Source: an uncultured candidate division Zixibacteria bacterium (GTDB lineage Bacteria > Zixibacteria > MSB-5A5 > RBG-16-43-9). Taken from it: a stretch of 64,000 nt of DNA. The stretch lies in the NCBI GenBank assembly GCA_963713865.1, contig OY970208.1, positions 864,001 through 928,000 on the forward strand, in the 5' to 3' direction. Shown in pieces: positions 11,586 through 22,082 of this stretch. The first letter of the stretch is position 1, and each line of letters begins with the position of its first letter. The position numbers were made by a program, and so were the translations under genes. The notes beneath the pieces were generated by a model, which worked only from the letters and a program-made list of their open reading frames with translations, did no database searches and was not told the DNA's origin.

Positions 11586-13736
11586 AGAAGATAAAATTTG
11601 CATTCGGTATTCATAACCACCAGCCGATCGGGAATTTCCAGCATGTCTTTGAGAAGGCATTTGAAAGATGCTATTCTCCCTTCCTTGAGCTTTTAGAGAA
11701 ATACCCGTTTTTTAAACTCTCCCTGCATTATTGCGGAATACTTTTCGACTGGCTTTTTGATAACCATCCTGAATTAGTTGAGAAGCTCAAAGTCTTAGTG
11801 AGAAAAGGGCAGGTGGAGCTTTTAACTGGAGGTTATTACGAGCCGATCTTTCCGGTCATTCCGGATGAGGATAAGATAGGACAGATTGAAAAGCTTTCCA
11901 GTTTTATTAAACAGAATTTTGATTTTGCCCCGTCCGGGATGTGGGTGGCAGAAAGGGTCTGGGAACCTCATCTGCCTAAATTTTTTGCTCAGGCTGGAGT
12001 AAAATTCTGTCTTCTGGATGATTCTCATTTCAAATATTCCGGGCTTGAGGATGAAAAGCTTTTAGGCTATTATCTTACTGAAGAGGAAGGTTATCCTTTA
12101 GCTTTATTCCCGATAAGCAAGAAGCTCAGATATTATATCCCTTTTAAGGAACCAGAAGAGATAGTCGATTATCTCAAAAGCCTTTCTACAGAGGATGGAG
12201 AAAATCTTATAGTCTATGCAGACGACGGCGAGAAATTCGGGATCTGGCCCAATACTTTTGAACACTGCTATGAAGACAGGTGGCTGGAAAGATTTTTTGA
12301 GAAACTCAAAGAGAATTTGGACTGGATTGAGATGGTTCATTTCCGTCAGGCGTTAAAGGAGCTCTCCCCCTTAGGACGGATATATCTCCCCACTGCCTCT
12401 TACTATGAGATGATGCACTGGGCACTTTTACCTGAAGCTTTTCAGGAATTTGAGAATTTCGAAAATGCTCTGAAAGAAAAAGACCTTTTCGAGAAGTACG
12501 GGATTTTTGTGCGTGGAGGGTTCTGGAGGAATTTTCTGGCAAAATATCCAGAATCGAATCAGATGCACAAACGGATGCTCTTTCTGAATCAGAAGATTAA
12601 AAAATTGGAAATTAACAAAAAAACAAATAAAAATAAACTTCTGTCAATCAAAGAAGAATGCTGGAAAAGTCAGTGTAACGACCCCTACTGGCATGGGGTC
12701 TTTGGAGGGTTGTATCTTTCCAATCTGAGGAAGCCCATTTATGAGCATTTGATTAGAGCAGATAAGCTCATAGATGAATTGGGGCATAAGGATAAAAGAT
12801 GGATCGATTATGAAGTCTTAGATTTTGATAAAGATGGTAAAGAGGAGATCATAATTGAATCTCCGGTTTTTAATTTTTATTTTGCACCTCAACTCGGTGG
12901 GGTATTATATGAAATGGATTTCAAGCCCAAAGATTTGAATCTTCTGGATATTTTATCCCGCAGGGAAGAGGGGTATCATAGAAAGCTTTCAGAGATAAAA
13001 AGTCAGGAGCTTAAGACCACTGAAAAATTCGCCAGCATTCACGATTTAGTTCAGGTTAAAGAAGATGGTTTAGAAAAGCTTTTAACTTATGACTGGTATA
13101 GAAGGGGCTCTTTTATTGACCATTTCTTAGGAAAAAATACAAAATTAGATGATTTTGCCAAATGCCAGTATCCAGAACAGGGTGATTTTGTGAATCAGCC
13201 TTATGAATACAAAATTAACCAAAAAGAAGATTTTCTTGAATTAATACTATCTCGAAATGGTTTTGTTCTGGGTGGATAATCAAAAAGCGAATATTAAGCT
13301 TATTAGAAAAATTTCCCTGAAAGGAGATAAAAAAGAATTAGAGATAACCTACGAATTGGAAAACAGACATTCTGTACCTGTGGATTTGTGGTTCGGGATA
13401 GAGTTTAACTTCGGGATGCTTTCCTGTGAGGATGAAAGGAAAAGCTTCTTTGTAAAAGATACGGAGCTAAAAGAGAAAAAGCTCAGTTTAAAGAGTGAAG
13501 ATGAAAATATTGTATCTTTCGGGATAAAAGATAAAGCTTTGGGACTTCTGATAGATTTTAAAGTTGATAGACTCTCAAGTTTATGGCAATTTCCGTTATA
13601 CACGGTCTCCTTGTCTGAATCCGGCTTTGAAAAAACTTACCAGAGCACCATTCTATTCCCAAACTGGAAAATCAGATTAAACCCAGAAGAAGTCTGGCAG
13701 GTAAAAATAATTAAAAGGATTGATATTCTGCAGTAG
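11582..13736 (+). CDS. GH57 alpha-amylase/4-alpha-glucanotransferase, split by a +1 frameshift near 13267 (ORFs 11582-13279 and 13257-13736)
   Basis: HNHQP.GN, W..ERVWEP, DDGEKFG.WP, QCND.YWHG.FGGLY; the second ORF carries the C-terminal TVSLSESGFE..YQ motif; removing 1 nt gives 717 aa. Confidence 0.88.
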
Positions 13737-13889
13737 CCCGATTCATCGGGCTATGTAGCTATATAGGCTAAGCATGGTGAAGCCTGCTTGACAAATTGAT
13801 TTCTTTGCTTGATAAATCAAGCAACTACAAAAGGTTTTCTTCAAATTCTTCACGTGAGTTTGTAAGGGCACGTTGCAACGTGCCCTTAC
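13732..13889. repeat. REP-like palindromes
   Basis: GCTTGATAAATCAAGC.ACTAC (related copies at 14684-14707 and 16030-16051); perfect 28-nt palindrome at 13862-13889. Confidence 0.75.
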
Positions 13890-13892
13890 TCT

Positions 13893-14354
13893 CTAAATCA
13901 GATTTTCTTCGACTATTTTCTTCTTTAAATTTTTCACGTGGGTGCCTCCCCAGTAGAGCTTATCACATCTGGAACAATAGACGAAACTCTCCTGGGTCTT
14001 GAACACAAAAGGTGGGACTTTATTTTCCACTTCCTTTTTAGGGACCGAAACCAAAACCTGATTGCAGACTATACAGCGGGTGAAAAGATTTTTCTCATCA
14101 GGTTTTAAATTGAACTTTTTCAAAACCTCTTTCAACTGCTCTAAGGGCTCGTTGCTGGACAAAAGTAAAAGATTTTTCTCTGCCGATTTAAATCTTTTAA
14201 GCTCTGAATCCCGGCTCAAGATTATCCGGTTTTCTTTCAAAGCCTTTGAGACTAACTCTGTATCCTCAATATCCAAGCTGAACAAAGTATCATACCCCAA
14301 AGTCCTGAGCCACTTGGCTAACTTCCCTAAATTGTCATCGCAGATGAATTTCAT
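13893..14354 (-). CDS. Mut7-C RNase (PIN-like) domain protein
   Basis: KFICDDNLGKLAKWLRTLGYD, RC..CN, C..C.KLYW.GTH. Confidence 0.9.
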   Translation of the reverse strand: MKFICDDNLGKLAKWLRTLGYDTLFSLDIEDTELVSKALKENRIILSRDSELKRFKSAEKNLLLLSSNEPLEQLKEVLKKFNLKPDEKNLFTRCIVCNQVLVSVPKKEVENKVPPFVFKTQESFVYCSRCDKLYWGGTHVKNLKKKIVEENLI

Positions 14355-14456
14355 AAGATGACCTTCTAAAAACTGATTTAAAGAATATCCGTTGAGCTTA
14401 TTTTAAATAATCCAACGAGGATTTGTCAAGAGTTTTAAATAAAATATTTTCAGGTA

Positions 14457-14756
14457 TGTCAGACATTCCTGTGGCTACGTGGCCATGGGCATACGCCACA
14501 GGCTTTGCCCTCTGACTTTGATAAACAGGCAGGAATGCCTGTTCTACCAGTTTTGAGGACAGGACTACTGACTTGTCAGTGCGAGCTCCCTTTGGGGGCG
14601 AAGCAATCTGTCAACCCTTTAGAGATTGCTTCGTCTCGCCTTTAGCGGACTCGCCCCTACGGAAAATTGGCTTTAATCTTTTAGGGCTTGATAAATCAAG
14701 CCCCTACTACTTTACCATTTGTCATCTTTTATCTGTCATCTGTCATTTGTAATCTG
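14457..14756. repeat. Mixed intergenic repeat cluster
   Basis: CAGACATTCCTG/CAGGAATGCCTG pair, GCGAAGCAATCT/AGATTGCTTCG pair, degenerate 7-mer TGTCAT(C/T) run. Confidence 0.7.
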
Positions 14757-15827
14757 TTATCTTTTTACCCCGCAGAGCATATGATATTTACCGATCTGCT
14801 CCAAGCTTATTAAACCTTTGAAGATCTCCCCCTGCATCACTGGAAGGACAGAGAGTTTTTCTGAAGTCATCTTCTTAAAAACCTCGGATAAAGGGGCATC
14901 TTCTGATGTGCTTATAAATTCCCGGCTCATTATCTCTCCGATCCTGGTATCCTTAGAATGGTTATGCAGAGCTGAAAAGATTTTTTCACGGGATAATATC
15001 CCCAATACTTTGTTCCCTTCTATAATCGGGAAATCCTGCTGGAGCTTATGGCACATTCTCTCTAAAACCTGACCTAAGGTGGTCTCAGAGGTGATCGATT
15101 CCACTTCGATCAGCATAGCTGCCTTGACCGGAACATCCGCTATTGTTACTTTCAATTCCGTAGCTCTTTTCTCGCCTTCTGCCCCTAAGTAGATAAATAC
15201 AGCGATAAGAGCTAACCAGGGGTTGAAAAACAAACCATAAAAGAAAAGAAAGATAGCGAAAATCTCTCCGATCCCTACTGCTATTCTGGTAGCTTTTAAA
15301 AACTCCATCCTGAGCCCTAAAATCCCTCTTAAAACCCTTCCTCCATCCATCGGGAATGCCGGGAGTAAATTAAATAGAGCTAAGAGAAGATTTATGATAA
15401 AGAGATTCAGGAACAAATTACCCTGAAATATCGAGATCTTAAAAGTTTTTGCTTCCGGGGTTAGAAAAACGAAAGAAAGGTAGAAGACGAATGCTAAAAT
15501 GATGCTGGTAAGAGGACCAGCCATAGCAACATAAATCTCCTGTTTGGGCTTTTGAGGGAGTTCCTCCATCTCAGAGACACCTCCGATGGGAAGAAGAACG
15601 ATATCTTTCACTTTAACGCCATAGCTTCGGGCAACCAGGCTATGGGCGATTTCATGGATGATCACACATAAGAAGATGAGAATGATGCTCAACATCCCCT
15701 GTAATCCGGATTGAGCACCTTGCATTCTACTCCCATATAAACCGATGAAAATTATCAATAGAAAAAAGGTGATATGAATCCTTATCGGTATTCCAAACAC
15801 CTTGCCGATCTGAAACGACCATCTCAT
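14757..15827 (-). CDS. Site-2 (M50) membrane metalloprotease with CBS domains
   Basis: HEIAH, AGP, FNLLPAFPMDGGR; C-terminal CBS pair. Confidence 0.93.
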   Translation of the reverse strand: MRWSFQIGKVFGIPIRIHITFFLLIIFIGLYGSRMQGAQSGLQGMLSIILIFLCVIIHEIAHSLVARSYGVKVKDIVLLPIGGVSEMEELPQKPKQEIYVAMAGPLTSIILAFVFYLSFVFLTPEAKTFKISIFQGNLFLNLFIINLLLALFNLLPAFPMDGGRVLRGILGLRMEFLKATRIAVGIGEIFAIFLFFYGLFFNPWLALIAVFIYLGAEGEKRATELKVTIADVPVKAAMLIEVESITSETTLGQVLERMCHKLQQDFPIIEGNKVLGILSREKIFSALHNHSKDTRIGEIMSREFISTSEDAPLSEVFKKMTSEKLSVLPVMQGEIFKGLISLEQIGKYHMLCGVKR

Positions 15828-16185
15828 TTTGCCTCCTTTGAGGGTTGGAGCTTAAATAAATTAAAACCAAATCATTTGCCATAATTAGAATAAAATTTGA
15901 GCTGGTTGTCAAGATTTATTCTGCTCCCCGGGGGATATTATCATCCACCTATCCTCCTGCTGGATGATAACATCTATCAGGAGCAATAATGTTCTCATTG
16001 CAGTTGCCCCATTTATTGGGCTTTTTTTGGCTCGATAAATTGAGCAACTACATTTTTACACCTTCCCCCAGTGATTTATGGGTTCCTAAAAAATAAAAAA
16101 ATTCATCTTGATTTTTTTAGTTCTAAATGTTTAGATTGGGATAACGTGAGATTAAAAAAATGAAACTTTAAACAGGAGGTAAAAG

Positions 16186-16764
16186 ATGGCATACGCTCCA
16201 ATGAATTACGATGCTTTATTAGGGATGGAAGGCTTCAGCGATACTCTGCTGAAAAACCATTTTACCTTATACCAGGGATATGTGGCTAATACCAATAAGG
16301 TTCATGATATGTTAGTGGAGCTGCACAAAGCTGGAAAAAGCGGAGGGCCGGATTATGCGGAGCTGAAGAGGAGATTCGGCTGGGAGTTTAACGGGATGCG
16401 CTTGCACGAATTGTATTTTGAGAATCTGGGCGGCAAAGGAGAGTTAAATAAGTCTGGTAAATTGGGTAAAAAACTGATGGAAGAGTTTGGAAGCTATGAG
16501 CACTGGGAATCTGATTTCAAAGCCACAGCCATGATGAGAGGGATCGGCTGGGTGATTTTATATCAGGACAATCTAACTGGCAGACTTTTCAATCAGTGGA
16601 TTAACGAGCATGATGTTGGGCATTTAGCTGGATGCACACCGATTTTAATCCTGGATGTTTTCGAACATGCCTATATGATCGATTATGGCTTGAAAAGGGC
16701 GGACTATATCTCAGCCTTTTTCAAAAATATCAAATGGGTTATGGTTGAGGCCAGGTTGAAATAA
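16186..16764 (+). CDS. Fe/Mn superoxide dismutase family protein (ChrC-like subgroup)
   Basis: NHFTLYQGYV, LHELYFENL, DVFEHAYMIDY. Confidence 0.88.
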   Translation: MAYAPMNYDALLGMEGFSDTLLKNHFTLYQGYVANTNKVHDMLVELHKAGKSGGPDYAELKRRFGWEFNGMRLHELYFENLGGKGELNKSGKLGKKLMEEFGSYEHWESDFKATAMMRGIGWVILYQDNLTGRLFNQWINEHDVGHLAGCTPILILDVFEHAYMIDYGLKRADYISAFFKNIKWVMVEARLK

Positions 16765-17022
16765 AGTTTGGAATTTGTTCGTTTGTAGGGGCCTGCCCCT
16801 ACGTTTTTCTTGTCATGTCATTCTGAGTCCGCCGCAGGCGGGCGAAGAATCTATATAGGTTCTGTCGGATCGATAAAAAGCCTTACGACTCGTAGAGAGT
16901 TAACTCCCGACAGCACAGACTGAAAACAATTTATCCCGCACTTTTTCTCTTGCCAAAATTAAAAAACCAGGTATATTAATCTCAGGAAAACAGATCAACC
17001 ACTTTTAAGCCATGGAGGAACT

Positions 17023-18579
17023 ATGAAAAAAATACTCTTAATTTTTTTCTTTAGTATAACAATCCTGTCGAACTATATCTTCTTTTTTACCTTACCCCTT
17101 TTCGCCCAGCAAGTTGACACTGCTTGGGTGAGAAGATACAACGGGACTGGAAATTTTATTGATAGGGCATATGCTATAGCTGTAGATTATTCTAAGAATG
17201 TGTATGTTACTGGAAGTAGTAGTGGCAGTGGTTCACTCGATGATTATGCAACTATTAAGTATTACCATAATGGAGACACTGCTTGGGTAAGAAGATATAG
17301 TGCATCAGTAAACCTTCCAGATCGGGCTTATGGCATTGTAGTGGATGATTCTGACTATGTTTATGTGAGTGGATATAGTTACGACAGTTTGACCAATTTT
17401 GATTATGCCACTATAAAATATAGTCCGGATGGAGAAACTAGCTGGGTCAGAAGATACAATGGCCCGGGAAACTCTGATGATTATGCTTATGCCATAGCAG
17501 TGGATGGTTCTGGAAATGTCTATGTTACAGGTTCTGGCCAAGGAAATGGCTTAGACTGCGCAACAATAAAATATTACTCTAATGGAGATACTGCTTGGGT
17601 AAGGAGATACGATGGGCCGGTGCATAGTGATGATTATGCTGATGGAATAGCAGTTGATAGCTCTGGCAATGTCTATATTACAGGATTTAGCTGGGGAAGC
17701 GGAACAGGGCGCGATTATGTGACCATAAAGTATAATCTATATGGAGATGAACTCTGGGTGAGAAGATACGACATGGAAAACTCTGATGATTATGCTTATT
17801 CCATAGCAGTGGATGGTTCTGGAAATGTCTATGTGACCGGTGTAAGTTACGGCAGTGGGACATCCTATGATTATGCCACCATAAAGTATGACCCGGCTGG
17901 AAAACAGCTCTGGGTAAAAAGATACAACGGGCCGCCGGGAAACTCCTATGATTGGGCTAGTGCCATAGCAGTGGATAGTTCTGGAAATGTCTACGTCACA
18001 GGTTCAAGTTACGGCATTGGGACAGACTGGGACTATGCCACCATAAAATATGACACGGATGGAAAACAGCTCTGGGTAAAAAGATACAACGGGCCGGGAA
18101 ACTCTGAGGATGAGAGTAATTCTATAGCGATAGATGACTCTGGTAATGTCTATGTGACAGGATATAGTCCGGGCAGTGGGACATCCCGGGACTATGTCAC
18201 CCTAAAATATGACGCGGATGGAAACCAGCTCTGGGTAAAAAGATACAATGGGCCGGGAAACTCTGATGATGGAGCTTATGCCATAGCAGTAGATGGTTCT
18301 GGAAATGTCTATGTCACAGGTGAAAGTTACGGCAGTGGGACATACCATGATTATGCCACCATAAAATATGTTCAGTTTCTCTCTGGAGATGTTAACTTTG
18401 ATAGCACCATAACGGTGGAGGATGTGATTTATCTGATAGATTACCTATTTAGAGGAGGACCTACCCCTCTGCCCATTTTGCAAGTTGGGGATGTGAATTG
18501 CAATGGTCAAGTGACGGTTACCGACATCATCTATTTAATCAATTATCTTTTCAAAAGTGGACCGCCACCGGCATGCTGA
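17023..18579 (+). CDS. Secreted SBBP-type beta-propeller protein with C-terminal dockerin-like domain
   Basis: Signal peptide; 8 repeats of WV(R/K)RY...IAVD.SGNVYVTG...DYATIKY; GDVN...DVIYLIDYLF.GGP.P twice. Confidence 0.88.
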   Translation: MKKILLIFFFSITILSNYIFFFTLPLFAQQVDTAWVRRYNGTGNFIDRAYAIAVDYSKNVYVTGSSSGSGSLDDYATIKYYHNGDTAWVRRYSASVNLPDRAYGIVVDDSDYVYVSGYSYDSLTNFDYATIKYSPDGETSWVRRYNGPGNSDDYAYAIAVDGSGNVYVTGSGQGNGLDCATIKYYSNGDTAWVRRYDGPVHSDDYADGIAVDSSGNVYITGFSWGSGTGRDYVTIKYNLYGDELWVRRYDMENSDDYAYSIAVDGSGNVYVTGVSYGSGTSYDYATIKYDPAGKQLWVKRYNGPPGNSYDWASAIAVDSSGNVYVTGSSYGIGTDWDYATIKYDTDGKQLWVKRYNGPGNSEDESNSIAIDDSGNVYVTGYSPGSGTSRDYVTLKYDADGNQLWVKRYNGPGNSDDGAYAIAVDGSGNVYVTGESYGSGTYHDYATIKYVQFLSGDVNFDSTITVEDVIYLIDYLFRGGPTPLPILQVGDVNCNGQVTVTDIIYLINYLFKSGPPPAC

Positions 18580-18717
18580 AATAAAGTTTGGAGTTTATAG
18601 TAGGGGGGAACCTGTGTGTTCGCCCGGAGATTTGGGCAGACACGCAGGTCTGCCCCTACATTTTTCTTAACCTCACCCTATCCCTCTCCTTGTAAAGGAG
18701 AGGGGTTACCCTTCCTT

Positions 18718-20154
18718 TTATCTCCCTTTCACATATACCTTCTTCGTCACCTGAGCCATATTGGTTATGGGCAGTGCAGGGGCATCTTTTCCAAAGAGTG
18801 AATTGATCAGGCTCTGGGATGCAGAGCGGTAATTCAGAATAGAGATGATATTTAAAGAGCTTGCTTTTGGAACTGTGAAGGCAAACCTCTCTATAACATT
18901 TCCTTTAGGTGATATCCGTTGATCAGAGATGACAGAGACTCCTTTATCTACATTTATAGTTTGATTTCCCTTAGAATTACCTAAGACTGTGTTAAATATT
19001 CTTGTCTCAGGTACTAAATCCCCTTTTTCATCCACGGTTCCAGAAGTATAAACTGTATTTCCTTTATCATCTAAAATCCTAATTTCCAGCCACATCTGTC
19101 TTATCTCGGTTAAGCCGGTAGGAAGATAATGTCCGGCTCCTATATTGGTAACCTTAATCTTAACTTCCCCTGAACCCCCAGAAGAGAGGGTATCAGGAGT
19201 GAGAATCTCTAAAGAAGCCGCATTCTTTAACCTCTCCTTCGTCAAGATTGTGTGCAGGGTATCTCCCAAAAGATAAGGAACAACTCCATTTCCCCCAACC
19301 ATATTATGGGTGTATATGTGCTTTCTTTCCGGACCCATAACACAGGCTTTACCAGGATTATCCGGTCTTTCTGTAGAGCCGGTGGCAGGTATTCCAAGCT
19401 TCTGTCTCATATGGCAGTCCTGGCAATTGACCGTAGTATTCGGGTCTAGAGTATTATAAGGGCTTCCCCTCCATTCGGTATAAGTTTTCTCTATGGGCAA
19501 ATCATTGCCGGCATGAGTTACATCGTGACACATCCCGCAGAACTCTGAGCGGGTATGAAGCTCTGAAAACTCTGTCCCGTGAAAAGGAGATTCAGAATCC
19601 TTAAAAGGTCCCCACTTTATACCGGGATTTCCTTCACCTTGTCCTGGCTCTAAAATAAAAGGGGCATTCCCGATCCCGGCAGAAGCTTTTACCGAATGGC
19701 AGAAATCACAAAAGACTCCTTTTGAACCTATTTCACTGACCTTTGAATAATCCCCTTCTGTGGTAGGTAACTCCCCGGTAACATGAGCTACTGGTGCATG
19801 ACAACGGACGCAGGATAAGGCCTCTTCTTTTTCTTTATCGTTCTCCACCTGGGTTAAGAACAGCTTGGAGACTTTCTGAAAGACCGGGTCTTTTAAAGCA
19901 TTATAATGCATACCTCCTTTCCATTGTTCATAAATTTCAGGATGACAACCGGAGCAGACCGAAGGATCGATAAACTGGGAGAGTTTAAAATCCCCGGGCA
20001 GGGAGATTTTACCATTCAAATCCATATTGGCAGGTCTTCTGGTCTGTGATTCGGGTGAGGTTGGGGAATAATCTTTGGTGTCTGCAAATACCATTATGGA
20101 AAATATTACTAAGAAAATAATACCCATAGCCCATAACAGAACTTCCTTTTTCAT
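18718..20154 (-). CDS. Exported multiheme cytochrome c (c554-like)
   Basis: Signal peptide; five CxxCH motifs (CSGCH, CVRCH, CDFCH, CGMCH, CQDCH); GAGHYLPTG. Confidence 0.9.
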   Translation of the reverse strand: MKKEVLLWAMGIIFLVIFSIMVFADTKDYSPTSPESQTRRPANMDLNGKISLPGDFKLSQFIDPSVCSGCHPEIYEQWKGGMHYNALKDPVFQKVSKLFLTQVENDKEKEEALSCVRCHAPVAHVTGELPTTEGDYSKVSEIGSKGVFCDFCHSVKASAGIGNAPFILEPGQGEGNPGIKWGPFKDSESPFHGTEFSELHTRSEFCGMCHDVTHAGNDLPIEKTYTEWRGSPYNTLDPNTTVNCQDCHMRQKLGIPATGSTERPDNPGKACVMGPERKHIYTHNMVGGNGVVPYLLGDTLHTILTKERLKNAASLEILTPDTLSSGGSGEVKIKVTNIGAGHYLPTGLTEIRQMWLEIRILDDKGNTVYTSGTVDEKGDLVPETRIFNTVLGNSKGNQTINVDKGVSVISDQRISPKGNVIERFAFTVPKASSLNIISILNYRSASQSLINSLFGKDAPALPITNMAQVTKKVYVKGR

Positions 20155-20276
20155 ATTATCTCCTTTTTAAAGACCCAAAATTTTCCTTGATTTTCACTCT
20201 AAATAAAGTTAAATATACAAAAAATTGCAAGGGAAAAAACCGCCCTGCGGATGGGTTTTTTAGAAAAGGAGGTTTT

Positions 20277-21071
20277 GTGAACATCGTTGTCTGTTTAAAA
20301 CAGGTCCCGGATACGGAAACCAAGATAGTTTTAAATTCCGATTCTACTGGAATTGTAACTGAAGGAATAAAATGGGTAATGAATCCTTATGATGAATATG
20401 CAGTAGAAGAGGGATTGAAGATTAAAGAAAAATTTGGAGGTAAAGTAACCATAGTCTCAATGGGTCCGGAAAGAACAGTAGAAGCTATCCGAACTGCCTT
20501 AGCTATGGGAGCCGATGAGGGAGTTTTATTAAATGATCCAGCTTTGGAAGGGTCAGATAGTTACGCTACAGCTCTGGTTTTATCCAAAGCTCTAAGCCTG
20601 ATTGAATATGATATTATCTTAACCGGAAAGCAGGCAGTTGATTTAGACTGTTCTCAGGTCTATGCGGGTTTAGCTGAGTTTTTGAATTTACCCTTTGTCT
20701 CAGTGGTTGTTGGATTAGAACTTTTTCCTGACCAGAAAAAGGCAATTGCCAAAAGGGAGACCGAAGGTGGAGAAAAGGAGTTAATCGAAGTAAGTTTACC
20801 AGCTATCTTTGCCTGCCAGAAGGATTTGAATGTTCCAAGGTATGCCTCACTTCCTGGGATTATGAAGGCTAAGAAAAAGGAGATAAAAAAGCTTGGTTTG
20901 GCTGATCTTTGTTTGAACCCGGAGCATGTAGGCAAGGCTGGCTCTAAGTTAAAAACCGGAAAATATTCTTTACCACCCCAGAGGAAAACCGGTATAAAAA
21001 TTGAAGGGGAGATCCCTGAAGCCACAGCCAAATTGGTTAAACTCCTGAGGGAAGAAGCCAAAATAATCTAA
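20277..21071 (+). CDS. etfB: Electron transfer flavoprotein beta subunit
   Basis: VCLKQVPD, NPYDEYAVEE, ALAMGAD, PRYASL.GIMKAKKK; GTG start after AAGGAGG. Confidence 0.95.
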   Translation: MNIVVCLKQVPDTETKIVLNSDSTGIVTEGIKWVMNPYDEYAVEEGLKIKEKFGGKVTIVSMGPERTVEAIRTALAMGADEGVLLNDPALEGSDSYATALVLSKALSLIEYDIILTGKQAVDLDCSQVYAGLAEFLNLPFVSVVVGLELFPDQKKAIAKRETEGGEKELIEVSLPAIFACQKDLNVPRYASLPGIMKAKKKEIKKLGLADLCLNPEHVGKAGSKLKTGKYSLPPQRKTGIKIEGEIPEATAKLVKLLREEAKII

Positions 21072-21082
21072 AGGAGATAAAT

Positions 21083-22081
21083 ATGCCCGGAATATGGATT
21101 ATATCTGAACATAAAGAAGGGAAATTTAAAAAGGTTACTTATGAGCTTTTAAGTCAGGCTAGAAAATTTAAAGAGAAAATAGGAGAAGAGGTCTGTGCCT
21201 TGCTTTTAGGTTCGAACATCGAAAATTTAGCTAATCAATTAGGACCTTATGGTGCAGATAAAGTATATCTTTTAGAGGATGAAATCCTGAAAAACTATAC
21301 TAATGAGAGCTATACACAAGTGATTGCTGGTTTAGCTAAATCTAACTCCCCTTCAGTTCTTTTGGGAGGAGCAACGGCTCAGGGAAAAGATTTGTTGCCC
21401 CGTGTTGCTGCGTGCCTGGGAACAGGCTTAGCATCAGACTGTGTAAATATAGATATAGACGATAAAGGGTTATTAAAAATTGCCCGACCGATTTATGCTG
21501 GAAAGCTTCTGATGGAGATAACTATTCCCCAATCCAGACCACAGATGGCAATGCTCAGGCCCAATGTGGTAGAGATTCTGCCGCAGGATAACTCCAAAAA
21601 AGCAGAGATAATTAAATCGAAGTCTGATTTAAAAAAGGAAGAGCTAAAGTCTTTTCTTAAGGAGATATTAAAAGGGGAGAGCAAAAAGATAGACATAACT
21701 GAGGCAAAGATAATAGTATCCGGTGGAAGAGCAATGAAAGACAAAGAAAACTTTAAAATCTTAGAGGATTTAGCAGATGCTTTTGGAGAGGGAACTGCGG
21801 TAGGTGCTTCAAGAGCGGCAGTTGATTCGGGTTTTGCCCCGCACGATATTCAGGTGGGACAGACTGGGAAGGTGGTCAATCCTACTCTATATATCGCCTG
21901 CGGAATCTCCGGTTCGATCCAGCATCTTGCCGGTATGTCAACTTCCAAATATATCGTAGCAATAAACAAAGACCCGGATGCACCTATCTTCCAGAAAACA
22001 GATTATGGCATCGTAGGCGACCTTTTCGAAGTTGTCCCTCTTCTAACCCGGGAAGTTAAAAAGCTAAAAGCAGAAGGTTAA
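21083..22081 (+). CDS. etfA: Electron transfer flavoprotein alpha subunit
   Basis: VSGGR, GASRAAVD, QVGQTGK, GISGSIQHLAGM, INKD..APIF. Confidence 0.96.
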   Translation: MPGIWIISEHKEGKFKKVTYELLSQARKFKEKIGEEVCALLLGSNIENLANQLGPYGADKVYLLEDEILKNYTNESYTQVIAGLAKSNSPSVLLGGATAQGKDLLPRVAACLGTGLASDCVNIDIDDKGLLKIARPIYAGKLLMEITIPQSRPQMAMLRPNVVEILPQDNSKKAEIIKSKSDLKKEELKSFLKEILKGESKKIDITEAKIIVSGGRAMKDKENFKILEDLADAFGEGTAVGASRAAVDSGFAPHDIQVGQTGKVVNPTLYIACGISGSIQHLAGMSTSKYIVAINKDPDAPIFQKTDYGIVGDLFEVVPLLTREVKKLKAEG

Positions 22082-22082
22082 T

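Noticed and set aside
17116-18369. Regularly spaced DNA repeats resembling a CRISPR array (also 44781-45524)
   Set aside because: They are in-frame protein repeats with no unique spacers, and no cas genes are present
20155-20276. Rex operator upstream of etfB
   Set aside because: Only a TTCAC half-site, with no palindrome
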